Shown: piece by piece, positions 11,764-25,400 of the stretch | Position numbering within the stretch: position 1 is the stretch's first letter | How the letters are laid out: each line of letters opens with the position of its first letter | The notes under the pieces: model-generated | Told to the model about the DNA's origin: nothing | The model's input: the letters and a program-made list of their open reading frames with translations, nothing else | Databases searched by the model: none | Made by a program: the position numbers and the translations under genes | Assembly: GCA_030324005.1 (NCBI GenBank) | Contig: JARDVH010000025.1 | Coordinates: 74,355,676 to 74,419,675, forward strand | Direction of reading: 5' to 3' | From: Negaprion brevirostris | Taxonomy: Eukaryota | Length of the DNA stretch: 64,000 bases

Positions 11764-14700
11764 TGTAGAAGCACCTACAGTGCTATTGGGAACAGAGTTC
11801 CAGGTTTTGACCCAGCAACAGTGAAATAATCATGTTTAGTTAGGATGGTGACGTTTACAGGAGAATGTGCAGGTGGTGACATTCCCCTCAAAAGTAATTG
11901 AAGCCCTTATCACCTAAAATGCCATGCAGCTTCTTTAATGGCCATTAGCAGGCGTCTTAAGTGGTAAGCAGCTGTTTAACTCACCTCTGGGTGGCTGTTT
12001 CAGGCACTGGCTTCAACTCATTTACCAAGACGATATCTTGCGCAAAACATGGGCTAAACTGACATTTCAGCTTGAGACCTCAACTTCGTCACTTCTTTAT
12101 GTCATTAGTGCCTAAAGTATTTGGCAAAACTTGCTCCCACAAATCTAACCTGCTCACAGTAGCTCTTCAAGGTAAACTTCTTGAGAAATTGATCCATTGA
12201 TTCCATTTGTCTTTTGTTGCTTTCTGGTATGTCAGCTGACTCTCAATTTCAAGACTTATATTCAACTGAAGGCCTTGGGGAAACCTGAATTCATCTGGCA
12301 AAATTTATGTGTGCTTGAACTGTATGAATTACGCCGGGTTGCCATTGTTGATAATTGAGAGTTGTAGTATATCACAGACTATAGGTTGACTTGTCATGAA
12401 AAGTTTCTAGATCTATAATGTACATAAGATTGGTTATATTCTTATGAATAATATTTAAGTGATCTGTTTTCTTCTTTAGAGGTATATTTTCCTTGTATTA
12501 CTTCACTCACAGTTATCATGTCAATTTGATCAACATTCTACTGTGCAAGGGATGAAAAAGAGTGAAAAGTTTGACTCTTGTGAGAATTTCAGATGACGAT
12601 AAGTTGAGTTTGCAACCAACTTTCATCCCCGTACAGACAAAGTACCTCTTGAATCATTCTTAAAATCTTCTCAATCCAACTCTCAGTAAGTTGATCGTGT
12701 GGTGTGACAACATATTTCTAGTTTGCAAAGCTTTTGTATCTTTTTAAAATTCGTCAATGATACGTCAACATTACACTTCATGCCACTTTATTAATTAAAT
12801 GTTTTGGGTGTGGCACCAGGATTATGGTTGTCCATTTTTCAGTCCGTTGTCAGTGCCTACTGCAGATTCCATTGTCTGTAGCTCAGAACTGACAGCTGAC
12901 CAAAAGCAGAGCACGTTTTTTTCATTTATACATAAGCAGAGTTGCTGATCCAGTGAAGCTTTATATTAAAGCACAGTAAACTCAATTCACATGTTACTGA
13001 GGTTACATAGGATTGCCAGAATGCTTTATTCAGGGCCTGAGATGTTTTAAATCTGGCAAATTGAAAATCTCCATAGTCCTGAGATTTGCTTATAAAATAT
13101 AAATTTAATTCCTTTGAAAATCATAGTCTGATTTGAATGGCTATTTTAATGCTGTATTTACCTCATAGTCTTGGCACCACTAGCAGCCTGATTTTGGTGG
13201 TAATGCTGTAAAGTAAATGATACTTGTGCCACTGAACTTGTGAGAGAAAAGAACTGACCATGATCCCAATCTCCCGGATCACTGCTTCATAAAATGTAAG
13301 GCTAGCGGTTGAGAATAGGACCAAGTGTCACTTCAATGCTTCCATTAGTCAATCACACAACTGATCAATGGTTATTTGCAAATGAAGGTTCCACAGAACC
13401 TCAGCATCTATATCTGGCTCAACAAGGAAATTGATAAGAGGGGAAAAAAAATCAGAGGAGCTAAAATGAAAGGTTAGACCTAAGAATAAAGCATACATCT
13501 ACAGTTGTGCTTGGATAATTACTTGCAGCTCCAGCTCACCACCACTAGATACTAGTGGGACATAGTTTCATCACTGCAATTACCCAACCTCTTGATTGAA
13601 GGATATGTAGAATTTGTGGTGTGCATTTGGGACAGTGGAGGGAGTTTATCCTAACCCGTGAGTGGAAATGTTTAGTTCTGTGGCTAGTTTACATGCTGCC
13701 CAATTTTACTGTCCATTGGAGCCAAGGAAAGGGTGTAAAATGGGTTACTAAGCTGATCCCATCAACTTCTTGCAAAGTAGGTTAACATCCAGTAATTCCT
13801 GTTTCAGAGCAACAGCTTCAGGGGCCAAGAGGTATTTTGCCTGTCTGCTTGTTTATTGGAACGTGATACACAGCTGGAAGTGGTGGTGGGGGTGAGGCGG
13901 GTGGAAAATCTCGGAAACTATGAAAATAAATTTACAAAGAGGGGAAAGGAAAGAAGGATTTAGTCACACTACAGACCAATGTTATTCAGATGAGAAACTG
14001 TTTTCTATTGTGTACCAGATGAAATGGGCACGGAATTCTTTCATTAACATTCGATTGAGATGTGTGATTGTTACTATTAAAAACTATTGGAAGGAATAAG
14101 GTAATGCACATACTTTCTCTATGTACAAACTTGCAAGTAAATATTCTAGGCTGGTTGATTGACAGAATGTCACACAATTACCCAGGCCCTCTTGCTGTCA
14201 GACCAGTTGGTTTGGGCATATCACTGGACGTGCTTTCGTCTGATCCTGGAGATCAAATTTCAGAGGTCCACTGACCTCAATTTAATAACAAAAGAAACCC
14301 TGAAGGCTATTTGTAGTTTTTAACTAGGCAATTGACATCGATCGGCAGAAATGTGTAATCCAAACAAGCTGGGGTTATTACAAACACTTCCTGACAACTT
14401 CAGGGTCATGAATAACAGCACACTTTCACTAAACAATATCAGGCCCAAGTAGTTAGTGTGTTATTTCAATGGTCACTACATTAATGGATGGACACAATTG
14501 CCTGAATCTCTCAACAATTTAATGGATTTGCAGCAAAACTCTAATTGTGTTTATTTTTAAATGGCAAATTTTCAAATATGAACCTTTAGTGACCTAAAGG
14601 GTGTGCATGTGTAGCATGACTTTAACTAGTTACTTTTTAACTTAAGTTTTAATGAAATGTGATGGGAATGGACGCAGTATATTGAGTTTTCATTTTTGTT

Positions 14701-15737
14701 GCTAATTATGATTGCACCAGAAGATCATAATTCTAAAATTCCTTGAGAGTTGCCCATATTCTCATTGTAACTTAGTAGGACTTTGCAGAAGGCACTGCGA
14801 ATCGTGGTGGGCTTGGGGCTGCAGGCTCAGTCAGCCTTTTATAGGACATCCCATCACTGGGGATATGTGAGGGGTGGGGGGAGAATGGTAGTCCAGTCCA
14901 GAGATGGGAAATGAATGAAGATGACCTATTTTTCCTGATGATCAGGGGAATGTTGCATGATTGTATGGACAGCCTCATTTACAAGAGCAGCCAGGTGCCA
15001 AACCTTCAACTGTGTGGTCCAGATGGACACCATTGGGAATGTTGTGCTAACTTCATGTAAACATGGAACTCTGCAGACCTGGCAGGGCCAACCATCAGAT
15101 ATGATCCCAGCATCCCATGGATTTTTGGGCTGGTTATTTATTCACATTAAAAAATGCCGATCTCAATATATATAGCATCTAATTTTTTAAAAAACATATT
15201 GGTAAGGGAAGAAGAAAAGATGTCCAGTGTTTGCACCCTTTCCACATTCTGGCTCACAATGTTACTATAACCAATTACAAATAACTTAACTTGCTGTCTT
15301 TCATTCAGCTCTGGATTCACTTCCCCTCAGGCTTGGCCTGTTGAGAAAGCCGCCAGGAGGGTGGTTGGTAAATCTCCTGCTCCGTTTAAACTTCTCCCTG
15401 CCTGGTCTTTGCTGGATAGGGAAAATTAAAATCACACCCTTACTTGTCTTTCTGCTGCTTTCTTCTTGCTCCTAGTTTCTGGGGTAGAAAAAGGCAAATG
15501 TGTTGTTTTCTGCTGCCCACTTTTCTACTACTTTGAACCTTTACTCAGATTTTGTTCGCTAATTTTTGAGCACTAGGACTTGCTGTGCAGAAACTGGCTG
15601 TATGTGCATGCAGTCCCAAATCTTCAGTCCCTTCTGCCTTTGCTGACTAGAATCCTGCTATTTTCATGGCCTCTTGCTCCTTTTTGGTCAATCCAATTTC
15701 TGCTGATCCTGTTCCTGCAGCTTGACACTCTTCTTCA

Positions 15738-16330
15738 TCAACAACAGCAACCAATTGCATTTATATAGCACCTTAAACATAGCAAAATGTTCCAAGACCC
15801 CTCACAGGAATTATATTTTTTTTAAATTCACACCGATCCACATAATGGGATGTTATGGCAGGTTGGTGAAATTGGTAGTTTTAAAGGAGTGTCTTGAAGA
15901 CGCAGAGAGGGATTTCCAGAGCCTAGGCATTGCTGCCAGTGGTGAACCAGTTAAAATCAAGAATACATATGAGCCCCAAACTGGAGGAGTGCAGAGATCT
16001 TAGTGAGTTGTAGAGCTAGAGGAAATTACAGAAATAAGGAGATACGAGGAGGGAAATGAAAGCAAATATTAATGTTTTTTANNNNNNNNNNNNNNNNNNN
16101 NNNNNNNNNNNNNNNNNNNNNNNNNNNNNNNNNNNNNNNNNNNNNNNNNNNNNNNNNNNNNNNNNNNNNNNNNNNNNNNNNTGTTTTTTAAAGTGAATCA
16201 TTGCTTAACTGGAAACCCATGTGTGTCGCTGGGCATAGTGTTGATGCTGGAATGGCATTTGGTGTAAACCAAGATTTGGGCAACAGAATTTTGGATGACC
16301 TCAGGTTTACAGAGGGAGGCTGGCCAGGAA
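15738..16330 (-). mobile_element. L2-clade LINE 3' end
   Basis: TTGCATTTATATAGCACCTT is the antisense of the L2/Deu-SINE tail; the body is antisense to 3700-4078. Confidence 0.65.
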
Positions 16331-16632
16331 TTATCTCTAACTTCTCAAACTGAAAATGGAGGTTTTGTAACTTTTGGTATAAACTTGGTATTTGTTTGCA
16401 ATTGGAGGATTTGTCACTTCTTCTCTTCAGGAGAAATGCAAGCCTTGCAAGATTCTACAGCCATACATGTTACTTTGCAATGAAGAAGTCTGTACATTTC
16501 ATTTAGTTTGCAGGGTTACACATTAATTAAGCCAATAGTGTGTCACATTTAAAGATTAGCAAAATGCTCTTGCCAATGATCTTATGAGGTCATGCCCAAT
16601 TTCCTGCACTTGAGAAGGGTCCTGGGAGATAT

Positions 16633-17353
16633 GGGCAGAATACTCACATCTGGGGCTATGTACTGTGGCGGGGATGGAACAGGGAGAGTTTCCCACTGAA
16701 GACGCTAGTGGGAAATGACACAATAAATCTTCTGACCCCGAATTCATTTAATTATACACCCTGGGGTTTATCGCAGAATTCCATGGCGGAGTGGACATGA
16801 TGGTGCCATCATATCTGGATGCCATGTTGCAAAGGTACCCTACATCACTGACCCACTATTGAAGAAAGTAGATGGGCCTCCTGAAAAAGAAGATGGATCT
16901 TCAGGAATATTGTAAGGTTGGAAGATAGATCTCCTTAATAACACTGAATTTAGGCGAGCCCGCCCCCCCATCAACTGCTATGGTGTTATGGTATCCAGGG
17001 TTGCTTGCCTTCATTCCAAACTCCAGAGGCTGCCCTCGGCATTGTTCAGTTGAGCACCGACTCCTACACACATGACATTGTTCCAGATGTGTTCTGGATG
17101 GACATTTTTGCCCGCTGGTGTCACAGAGAACTAGGCGTGGGTGGAAGATTTCAGTCAGGCCTTCATCTGCATCCCATTAGTGGGAATCAGATTTTTTTCA
17201 CACTGTCCTCCAGTGGTTTCCCTATCCACACTAGAATACGAACCCATGGGAAATTCAAGCCAGCGTAAAAATAATTTTGAACTCCTGCTGAATTCCTCCC
17301 TGCCGCCACCTGCCTTTGAACCCACTGCCAGGGCCGTGGGAGAATTCTGCTCC
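16633..17353. mobile_element. Old non-autonomous TIR DNA element
   Basis: Imperfect terminal inverted repeats GGGCAGAATACTC / GAGAATTCTGCTCC bounding a GC-richer block. Confidence 0.4.
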
Positions 17354-19049
17354 AGTGAGTTCCCTTCACATGATTCTGACTTTTGCACTAGCGACAGTCT
17401 CATTCTTACATCTCTTCTGTGCTGAATTTCACTTGAAAGCATGTTGATACTGCTCAGTCCCACAGTTGGGGACTTTCTTTTTCCACCTCTTGTTGGTGCC
17501 ATGTCTTCAGATTGCTGGAGCTGCTTTCAGACCACAGGAGGGATGGAATAATATTTACATGACTCTCTAGAGACATTGCTGCTCTCCTGTTGGAGTTATT
17601 TCTGGACCATGTTTCCTGCTGCTCCTGATTTAAGAGCAATTCATCTCTAAATCCTGCAGCTGCGACCTCAGAATGGCTTCCTGGGTCTCCCAGATGTGTG
17701 CAGCAATTGGTGGTGCAATTAATGCCTCTGCCTTATGTCTTGCTGAGCAATATCAATATTAGGTAACTCCACTATTTCTGACAGGTTCAGTGTTGGGTGG
17801 GAAAAATCCCAAACTGCTGTACTTCAGAATTTTGAAGCCAGCAAATTTAAAGCCTTGAAGGACTGTAAGAGGAATAGTATGCTGAATCTTAACTAATCAT
17901 TCAATTATTCAAGTTAGAAAATTTTTTTAAAAATCCATTTGTATAGTTTTGGCTTGTATTTATCTTATTAATTCTGTTCTTTATTATAATATTTAGCGTC
18001 CATAATTTTCAGTTTGTTGTACACTCTGTTCATTTTTATTTATATCTTTTGACATTACCATCTGCAGACCGTCAAGGTTATCACGTTCCTCATTTGAATC
18101 TGACTGGTAAGCTGCGAATGCCAAAACTCATCCCTGGAGATTAGGAATGTGGGGGCAGATGGGAACAATGCCAAGGGGCATAAGCCTGGGTCAGTGGGGT
18201 GCACTGGAAGCATTGGGTGGGCTTGATCTACTGATCTAATGTAAGTTCCTGGTGTACTTTTGCAGACAACAGGCTGTGACCTTCAGAAATGTCCTAAGAG
18301 CATGGATGGGGTAAAAATAGGGTTTGGCAAACAATTGTGATGAATGTGAAGTCAGGAAGCACGCTACCTCCTCCTCACTTCTAAAGAAGATTTTTTTCAT
18401 CAAAGAAGATTTGAAAACACCTATCTTTTGTTTACTGGCCACAAGAACCACTTAGGAACTTTCACTGAAGCAAACCCAACACCAGGTCCACACATCCTCA
18501 ATTAATTCCAGCAAGAGATTTTCATTGAAATATTCAGGACTCTAACGCAAGTCCTAGGCAGCTACTTAGGATGTGTAATAAATCACCAGACAAATTTAGT
18601 GTTGGCCTGAACAGCTGCTCAGATTGGCTGTTGCATTGCTAATCGATACGTATTACAGCCACTTGGTGCTTGAAAAGCAAGTACAATGCTTACCAATTTC
18701 TAATCCTTTTTCTTTTCAGCACAGAAATTGGTGTTTACAAATTTAATACTGCATATAACAAAGTAAATATTAACTACAAATGTGTTAAACGTCAGTCACT
18801 ATTTCTTTCCTGGTGAAACAGTGACTTACTTTTAATATAGCATTCTGTATTCACAAACAGAACAGCCATTGTAGATATATCATTCAGCCTGTTCTTTTTT
18901 GGGGGGGATAAACCAATTAAACTAAATTAACCAAACTGAGGGGCAAATCACAAAGAGCAGGCCCTGAAAGTGCATCAAACAAAAAACAAGTCACAATAGA
19001 AAAAGCGTGTGAATTTGGAAACACATGGACAAACAGATGCTCAGTTGTA

Positions 19050-19122
19050 TGCCAAGAGCCAGGATTAAACCAGGGAGCTTTAGATCTTCAGTCTAACACT
19101 TTTACAACTGAGCTATTTCAGC
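19050..19122 (-). pseudogene. tRNA-Phe(GAA) pseudogene
   Basis: 73-nt GCTGAAATAGCTCAGTTGTAAAAGTGTTAGACTGAAGATCTAAAGCTCCCTGGTTTAATCCTGGCTCTTGGCA, colinear with vertebrate tRNA-Phe (12 differences by my count against the recalled sequence). Anticodon arm intact; D-loop GG and T-loop TTCGA are broken. Confidence 0.9.
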
Positions 19123-19199
19123 TGATATGGCCCGGTTTTGTGGCAGTGAATTGATTTCTTCCTATCTTGACTTTTAGTTTACTCTTTCCACGTACATTT

Positions 19200-20540
19200 A
19201 TGACTCTTCTGATACCCTCTTCATTTTAATAGTTTCTAGTTTCCTGACCCTAACAGCCATCTCTTAACCACAGATGTCCAATCTCTCTACTGTTCCATCC
19301 TGACCAGGATTGTCACAGGGTTCTTTTTTCCTTCCTTGAATGAAGGCCTGATCTTTTTCCATCCACCACCATTCTTTTCTGCCTGGCAAGCTCCTTACTT
19401 AGATCAACTTCTCTCTTCATTCCTTATTTTCCATCCCATCAACCATCCTATTCAATGTATCATCCTCTACTGCGTCCAAACATCCACTTGTTTTTCAGCA
19501 TTCCAAAGGAGCCGCTTCTTTGATGATACATACTCCTCAATTCTCAACACCCATTCATTCCTTTTTCCATGGCACCCTTTCATGTAAATTGAGGAACTGA
19601 CATTTCACCCCCCCTCTCCTCACTAGTCATGACCCAAACATTCCTTCCAGGCGAACTTCTTTTGATTTAGTATACAGTAATCACTATGCACAGTCTGGTC
19701 TGCTGTACATGGAGAGATTGGGTGACCACTTAGTGGAATACCTCCATTCAGAAGCAACCTGATCATTCTCTACCTTGCTCTCGTGATGATCTTTCTCTCT
19801 CTCTCTGTCCTCAGTCTCTTGCAGTCTTCCAGTAAAGCTCAATGCAAACTTGAGGAACAGCAGCTCATCTTTTGATTCAACACCATACAGCTTTCTGCTT
19901 TCAACATTGAATTCAGCAATTTTCAACCATAACCTTGGCTCCCATTTTGTTTCCTTTTACTTTGCCAACTTTGTTTTTTTGCCTCTTATTTTGCTTTTGC
20001 TTTTTCACGGCAGTCTTTCATTCTACCCATCACACTCCCTGTAGACACATCTTTTGTTTCTTTTATTTAATAGAACATAGAACATAGAATATTACAGCAC
20101 AGAACAGGCCCTTCGGCCCACGATGTTGCGCCGACCAGTTAAAAAACAATGACCCACTAACCTAAACNNNNNNNNNNNNNNNNNNNNNNNNNNNNNNNNN
20201 NNNNNNNNNNNNNNNNNNNNNNNNNNNNNNNNNNNNNNNNNNNNNNNNNNNNNNNNNNNNNNNNNNNTTATTCCTACCAAAGTGAATTACCTCACACTTC
20301 TCCACATTAAACTCCATCCGCCACCTCTCGGCCCAGCTCTGCAATTTGTCCTATTACCAGTCCTTTCCACAAAATTCATTTGTCATTTTCATCTCTCCCA
20401 CCACCACAGACCTTTGTTCCTTTTCACACCACCACCCTTTCAGTTAAAACATTTACAATCTAAAAAAATTAGTAGTTTTTCTCTCCACAGAAGCTGCCTG
20501 ACCTGCTAAATATTTCTAGAATTTTCTGCTTTTATTTCTG
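19200..20540 (+). mobile_element. Penelope-like element 3' fragment (GIY-YIG endonuclease region plus tail), interrupted by CR1
   Basis: TTAGTATACAGTAATCACTATGCACAGTCTGGTCTGCTGTACATGGAGAGATTGGGTGACCACTTAGTGGAATACCTC resembles LVYCIRC..CGLLYIGET...R..EHL; later KLEEQQLIF; tail at ~20480-20540. Confidence 0.7.
20071..20346 (-). mobile_element. Young CR1 LINE fragment nested in the Penelope remnant (100-N gap inside)
   Basis: (TAGAACA)n tail; ORF WAERWRMEFNVEKCEVIHFGRN. Confidence 0.85.
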
Positions 20541-22317
20541 AAAGAGAGATGTGACTAATTATTGGAACTTAAGGCTCAGATGAAAGATTATCAGCTGAAA
20601 AGTTAAGTGTTTAGCCAGCCTTGCATTTCCCTTTTCTTTCCTGTTTTATTTCATCTGTCAATCTGTCATGGTCTACGGCCTTTTTCCTTCTTCCTCAAGT
20701 AGAGGCCCAACTACTTTAATCTACTACCATTCTTCTCTGCCTGGCAAGCTTCTTACTTTAAACAACTTCTCTTTTCACTCCTCGCTTTCCGCCCCATCAG
20801 CCTTCCTATTCATTTTTTTCTTTACAAATATTTTATATCTTATGATCTCACTGTGGTTTCTTGAGATCTTGCATACTGGAAATTCAGAACTGCAGAGAGA
20901 GAGAGAGAGTTGGTGCGGAAGAGCAATATGTCAGGATACTGATGTGAGTGACGTACCAGTGCCCTAATCAAATCAAGTGCACTGACCCCATAGACACAAA
21001 AGCTACTACTGTCTTCTTTATTATTTACACACTGGACACAAAGCCTTTCAGAAAAGAAATTGCCTCTGTGTGACTCCTTTGTTAGCAATGTACCAGCGCA
21101 ACATAGTACAAGCTTGCTCATTCCAGTAATTCTGATCTGGCGTGACTGGTTTCTTTNNNNNNNNNNACCATAGGTGTTTATAGCCTCTTAAGCATTGAGA
21201 TGGCCCGAAACCTTTCTAACAGCTAATCACGTTCTCATCCTCACACTGTTATTTATCGCTGTTTCAAAGAGTAACACCATCACACAGGGTCATCAGATTG
21301 CCCTAACATTTACAAGAGAAAGTTGGCCTGATACAAAGGAGCAGTGTTGAAAGCAATTTCCAGCCATTTCTTCACATTGACTATTTTAACATAACACTTA
21401 TAAGACTATGGAGATAGATAGCAATGCATTCAAGCTCCTTAAACACTTCTGCACCTTCATTCCTCTCTAAGATTTTCTGATGCCAAACTATTTTAATATT
21501 CCCACTTTAGTTTTGTTCATCCCAAATATCCGGGATGTAAACAGTACAGAGTAGAAACAATAATGTCAGCCTGCAAAAGAATGAAGAGCATGGCTTTCAC
21601 TGATGCAGTTATTCTTTATTTGAACCACTAATATCTGCCAGCCTGTCCAAAACACTTGTAGGTGCCAACAGAAACAATGGAAAAACAAATAAAAGGATCT
21701 GTTTCTCATATATTGCAAAATCAGTGGGCTGCAGATTTTATTGTAACCTTTAATCCTTTTTCAATTTATTTTTGATTTCTCTTTACTTTGATTTATTTTA
21801 ATTAGTTAAGATTTCTCTATTTTCTCCTTTTTGTGTTTTTCTTATTTAATTTGGTCTGCTACATCAGGTCTCTTTCCTTGTTCTCTTTGTTTGCTTTGAC
21901 TTTCTTTAGCTTTTCTCAGCAATTTCCTTTCACTTTCTAAACTCTTCATGTTTTTACTTGAGTAATTTAGTCTGTTACTTTTATTGCTTCACCCTTTAGC
22001 CATTATTTCTGAAAATATGTTTTTGCCACTTTATTTTGCCCCATTATAGTAACTTGCATTGATATCACAGCTTTAACACGTAGGTAATCTTGTGGCACTT
22101 CTTGGAATATTCAGACAAAAATATTGAGCTGAGGCAAAGATGCAGAAATTTGTTCAGTAAAGGGTTTGGTATGGTTGTCATTTCATTGCCTTTGGCAGTG
22201 ATTAGTACTGATCAATTGGATGTCGTACTTCACTCCCCTCCAATGAAGTATTATACACAGACCAACATGTTGACTTCATGGCAAATAACTGGAAAGAGCC
22301 TCAAATGGGGCACCGTT

Positions 22318-22431
22318 TTTTTTCTTCATGAAATATGGGTGATGCTGACAAGGCCAGAAATAATTACCCATCTCTAACTGCCCTTGATACAGAGGTATCA
22401 AGCTACCTTCTTGACCTGCTGCAGTACCTAT
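22318..22431 (-). mobile_element. 3' tail of non-LTR family B (see 46293-48511)
   Basis: Antisense of AGGGCA..TAG.GATGGGTAAT....CTGGCC...CAGC tail seen at 47812-47878. Confidence 0.6.
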
Positions 22432-25400
22432 NNNNNNNNNNNNNNNNNNNNNNNNNNNNNNNNNNNNNNNNNNNNNNNNNNNNNNNNNNNNNNNNNNNNN
22501 NNNNNNNNNNNNNNNNNNNNNNNNNNNNNNNNNNNNNNNNNNNNNNNNNNNNNNNNNNNNNNNNNNNNNNNNNNNNNNNNNNNNNNNNNNNNNNNNNNNN
22601 NNNNNNNNNNNNNNNNNNNNNNNNNNNNNNNNNNNNNNNNNNNNNNNNNNNNNNNNNNNNNNNNNNNNNNNNNNNNNNNNNNNNNNNNNNNNNNNNNNNN
22701 NNNNNNNNNNNNNNNNNNNNNNNNNNNNNNNNNNNNNNNNNNNNNNNNNNNNNNNNNNNNNNNNNNNNNNNNNNNNNNNNNNNNNNNNNNNNNNGGGGGG
22801 GGGGGGGGCGGAGGCTAGGCCAGGGGAGGCAGAAATCCCAGAGGTGGCCATCAAAGTGAGGTCCCTCTCCCCCTTCCTACGCAAGTGCAAATGTCACTTT
22901 CCCATCCTACCTGCACCTGTTCCCACAAGCCTAAAATTGAGGCTCAAAAGTGGACATTGAGTGGCCAGTTGCGTGTCTTAATTGGTGAGTAGCTTGGTTT
23001 CCTGTCCGAGGCCTTTCTCCCCCCCTGCAAGACGTTGTGTGTGTGTTTGGACAGATGGGTTCCCGTANNNNNNNNNNGTAGGAGTCCCATCCATTCAGTT
23101 TTAGGCTCCCCCCATCCTCCATGCCTCAGAAGCTGCCTTGGATGGAGTATAAAAGTCTGCCCCATGTTGCTGTTAGGCAGCAGGATATGGTGCCTAGGTT
23201 GACACCCAGTGTCCTATTCATATTCTAACTCAACTTTTTCATAGCAGCTTGCTAGGCTATTTCAGTGGGTAGCTAAGTTTCAATAATATTGCTGTAGGCA
23301 TGTAAATCAGACTGGGTAAGAATGGCAGATTTCATTCCCTACGTATGAAGAATTCCAAGAAAATAGCCAAGGAAGTGAGCATATGAGAAGTTCTGTCCTT
23401 CCTTTCCAGATATTTGCTGAAGTGTTTTGAGAAGACAATATAATTTCTCTTATTTTACCTGGTATGTAGTTTGGGTTGTAATTTCTGATATTCAAGTCTG
23501 CTATATTTGCTGACTGATTTGAAATTCAAATGACGTGTTGTGATGAACCAGTGATGTAAATATAGACTTTCAGTACTGAAAGCTTATCCAAATTTCAAGA
23601 TGTACAACTAAGTTACATTGTAGAATTTGTAATTATTGTGGGGTTAGCTATACACTTTTTGACCTTTTAATGCTGAACTGCACAGTAACTTGACACTCTC
23701 AAATAAACTTGGCTATAAGTGAGAATTGACTATTGTCAAAGATTTTGGGAAACAAAAGTTCTCTTTTCCATCAAAAACTCTGAATTCTACTCGCAAAACA
23801 ATTAAAACCGCTGAAGTTTGACCAAGCTTTCGTTTTTACTATTGCTCAGGAGCAAATGTGATCATCCACATCTACCCGACTCCAATATTGCATGGATGTC
23901 TTTTCTTCCAATATTAGGATCTCACTCAAAAAACAGAAAAGTGGGACATCAGCAAAGTACTGGAGGTGTCTACATCACTTACAACCATGACTACCAAGAC
24001 TGAAGTTCAGTTTTTGCATCTGGACAAAATAGTGATCATGCAGCAAGTGAACCATAAGGAACATGCAAGCACGAGGGCTAGTCTTGGCTGCCAAGCTTTT
24101 GAATTCAGTGGTCATAATGTGCAGCTGTTCACTATATGTGGTGAACTGAATGACTCAGATAGTTGGCGGAGTGAATGTTAGCCCACAGTATGTTCCAAAT
24201 TGCTAATGGAGTATTAAACAACATCAAATAATGTGTAAGATGTTTTCCCCAGACCACTCATAAAAGCTGGGAGAGTGTGCATTCATTCTAATGCTTATTT
24301 CTAAAGCAGCTGTTTGTGTGTTAGAATGTGTCTGTTCTTTTAAATACTTGTAAAAGATCATAGATGCTGAGAACATTTATGAATGGTTCCAGGAACACAC
24401 ATTGCAGCCTCACTTTTTACCAGCTGTTGTCAGAAGTAAACATTTAATGAGAGCTGCTATTATAACAAGTTTACCTTTACAATTGCACTAAGATCCAATT
24501 CACAAAGGAAGATGAAAATGTTTGTAGAGATTTTAAAATTTTGTTGGTGTTACATGTTAGGAAAGGGTATCAACTTATTTATTTGATCACGTTTTTCAGG
24601 CTTTTGACTGAGACTGAAATGTTGTTTTCAATTAACAGGACATAATGAGGCAATCTTTTGGAGTTTTAGTACAAATTTTTGTCATCAGATTAATAACCCA
24701 GTCCTCTGCAGCTTCTCCTCACATAACATGATCCACGGCCCAGCTCTGATCAGCATCTGCGACTTCCTGTGTTACTTTTATTAATAGAGTCCACGTGATT
24801 GGGTTGAAAACCAGAACTCATGTACAAAAGTCCCATGGGCTGAAGGAAAGGGGTGAAGTGAAGATAATAAAGTCGTAGTTCTTACAGAGGATGTTTGACT
24901 CAGCGTGGCTTCTCTGTTCCAGATAGGTGTGAATGAATACTTTATCTTTCATACCATAGTGAAGATTCAGTAACCGTTTCACAATAAGAATGCATAAATG
25001 TTTAATTGAAGGAAAATAAGCTTGCCTGACAATCCCTAGTTTGAAGGGTATAGCTGACTTCAACTTTGTCTTTTTTCGGCCATGTTTAGTGCTGCTCATG
25101 CAATGTACCTGTGTAGAGAGAACAGAAGCCAGTCCAAAATTGACTTTGGACTTCACCTAAATATTCCAAGCGAGTTGGTGATGCCTATCATTGTCTCTGT
25201 TGGCAGTCCTCTCTGCACATTTCAAAGTAAAGTCCATTTAATTCTTCTGTCTTGTTTATTATGTTCCTTGAAAATTTTCATGACATTAGCTTTATTGTAA
25301 ATAGAAGCAGAGAACCATATTAATAGCTATAAAGAATGTGGTTTTCAAATTTGGGTTATTCTTCCTTCCCGTTTTAGCACACATATAAGTCAGTAAACCT

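Noticed and set aside
12646-12717. Possible minus-strand micro-exon KYVVTPHDQLTESWIEKILRMIQE
   Set aside because: Weak polypyrimidine tract and donor, no recognised homologue; expected by chance.
13200-13452. Possible very old SINE ending in GAGGGGAAAAAAAATC
   Set aside because: Similarity to my recalled consensus is too weak to support without alignment.
19050-19122. Functional tRNA-Phe gene
   Set aside because: A- and B-box invariants and acceptor/T-stem pairs are disrupted; called a pseudogene.
22276-22890. Long ORFs spanning N runs (also 42889-43644 and part of 28964-29581)
   Set aside because: Their length comes from X residues in gaps; the flanks are repeat fragments.
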